Source: Guillardia theta CCMP2712
Lineage: Eukaryota; Protista; Cryptophyta
Assembly (NCBI RefSeq): GCF_000315625.1
Contig: NW_005434598.1
Coordinates: forward strand, 177,052-210,636
Direction: 5' to 3'
DNA: 33,585 bases
Within the stretch, counting starts at the first letter, position 1, and every line of letters starts with the position of its first letter. Below the pieces are notes generated by a model. That model did not search any database. It saw nothing but the letters and a program-made list of their open reading frames with translations, and was not told the origin of the DNA. The position numbers and the translations under genes were made by a program. Of the stretch, positions 24,001 to 33,585 are shown piece after piece.

Positions 24001-24813
24001 ATGCCCTAGCGAAGCAGCACGGCGTCTTCAAGCTCGAGACCATCGGCGACGCCTACATGGCCGTGACCAACCTGGTGGAGAAGCAGGAGGATGAGCACGC
24101 AGTAAGGATGGCCGCCTTTGCCCTCGCAGCCATAGAAGCAGCGGCCTCTATCCCCTTGGACCGAGAGCGTCCGGAGGAAGGAAGCATCCAGCTTCGAGTT
24201 GGAATTCACTCAGGGCCAGTAGTGGCGAGTGTGGTAGGGCGACAGCGACCCAAGTACACGCTGTTTGGGGATACGGTCAACACAGCATCTAGGATGGAGT
24301 CGAACTCCTTTCCTGGTAGGATACAGTGCTCTCAGGTGAGCAAAACTGCTCTTTCCTCTATACCCTCTCCCCTTCCCCTACTTCGCTTTCCTCATTCTCC
24401 TCCCTCACCGCCTGTCGTAGTAGCGCCCTTCCCATTCCTTCCTGCGTCATCGCCGCGTTCTACTCCTTACCCTCCTTTCCTTCTTCGCTACACTCCTTCC
24501 TCTCCTCTTCCTCCACCTGCCTCTTCCTCTCCCCTCTCTCCTCTTTAATCTTCTCACTCTGACTTTTCTTCATCAGCGAACTGCTAGTTTGATCTCCGAG
24601 CAAATGAAACTCAACGAAGACTTCATGGGCTCCGTCCACCTTACTTCAAGGGGAGAGATCCCAGTCAAGGGGAAGGGCATGATGAAAACCTTCTGGGTCA
24701 CTTCAGAGAAGTTCTGCTGCTCCTTTAAGGATCGGCCTCGCTCCTGCTCCTCCGAGAGCATGCAACCTCTCTCTCTCTCCCGCGCTCAGGACGAAGTGCC
24801 GGTTTCTTCCTAA
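21019..24813 (+). CDS. Receptor-type guanylyl cyclase-like protein: signal peptide, ANF-receptor/type-1 periplasmic-binding domain, TM, TKL-like kinase, class III cyclase (3 exons)
   Basis: Exon 1 (21019 to about 22247): IAILGPRSS, SFSATASSLS..FIARVVPSD. Exon 2 (about 22490-24335): TM MVALVLIAAGVTLYLI, kinase GQGTFG/VAVK/HGDLRSHN/DFG/WLSPE, cyclase VTIFFSDIVNFT, KLETIGDAYM, RVGIHSG, LFGDTVNTASRMES. Exon 3: RGEIPVKGKGMMKTFW. Confidence 0.93.
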
Positions 24814-24990
24814 TCTCCTTCCTCCCTCCTCCTCCCTCCCTCCCTCCGCTCTCTTGTATACATAAGGTTTGCAGCATTTGTACATACCATCGCATTCATT
24901 ACAAACTTTTTCCTTGTGTCCTCTTTGCATCTCCTCAGACATGCTTCTGCCGCACTCCCTCCCTCACATACACATCGCAACCCTCGTCCC

Positions 24991-28667
<3,677 letters not shown>

Positions 28668-29119
28668 GCCGTATTGTAACCGAGGGAAACTACCCTACCT
28701 TGCGTCTGACCGCTGAGATGGGAAAAGAGGGGGGTAGGGGTGTCCACTTTCCTTTTGTTTTAGAGCTCCAAATGGTGGGTGAGGGTGGTCATTTGAACCA
28801 AGAGGGAGGGTAGGGGTTAATCAAGATCCGGTAATCTGATGCAATTTTACATAGTTAAGGGGTAGGGTACAAGACCCAAAATATGGACCCCACAGGGGTC
28901 CAGATAAATTGTAAGGGTGGGGGTAGTCGACGGGCGGTAGGAATGCAGGAATACAGGGCATGGTGGGAGGAGGGGCAGGGAGAGGAAGGAAGAGGAGGAG
29001 GACGATGAAGGACATCAGAGGACGATGTGGACTGTTAGACCTGGTGAGGGGAGGAACTAGGTATGGAAGCAGGGATGAAGGGGGATGGCGAGGGGGGGGA
29101 GGGAGAGGAGGAGAGCGAG

Positions 29120-33585
<4,466 letters not shown>

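Noticed and set aside
24336-24548. Pro/Ser-rich C-terminus of the 660-aa ORF
   Set aside because: Read-through into an intron (gtgagc...ctgctag); the cyclase motif resumes in the next exon.

Overview
Intron-rich eukaryotic nuclear DNA with many 45-55 nt GT-AG introns, microsatellite-expanded introns and four N gaps. Gene content and the bipartite leaders suggest an alga with a complex red plastid, most like a cryptophyte (inference, not a database match). Most ORF-track entries are repeat or antisense artefacts, so genes were assembled by hand-splicing. Supported genes: coiled-coil hypothetical (+), mitochondrial ribosomal protein mL46 (-), small hypothetical (+), plastid-targeted plant-type heme oxygenase (-), PDZ protein (+), Ubc6/UBE2J-type E2 with a leader (-), NAD-dependent glycerol-3-phosphate dehydrogenase (-), receptor guanylyl cyclase-like protein with a kinase domain (+), GNAT-SAP-PHD protein (-), and a BED-finger-like multi-exon gene (+) running off the window. 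Most notable: (1) two adjacent genes whose leaders read signal peptide, linker, then the ubiquitin tail (L)RLRGG just before the enzyme domain; (2) a 34-bp AT-rich element identical upstream of two unrelated genes 17.5 kb apart; (3) GGGGTA-dense islands in divergent intergenic regions; (4) an unusual GNAT+SAP+PHD architecture.
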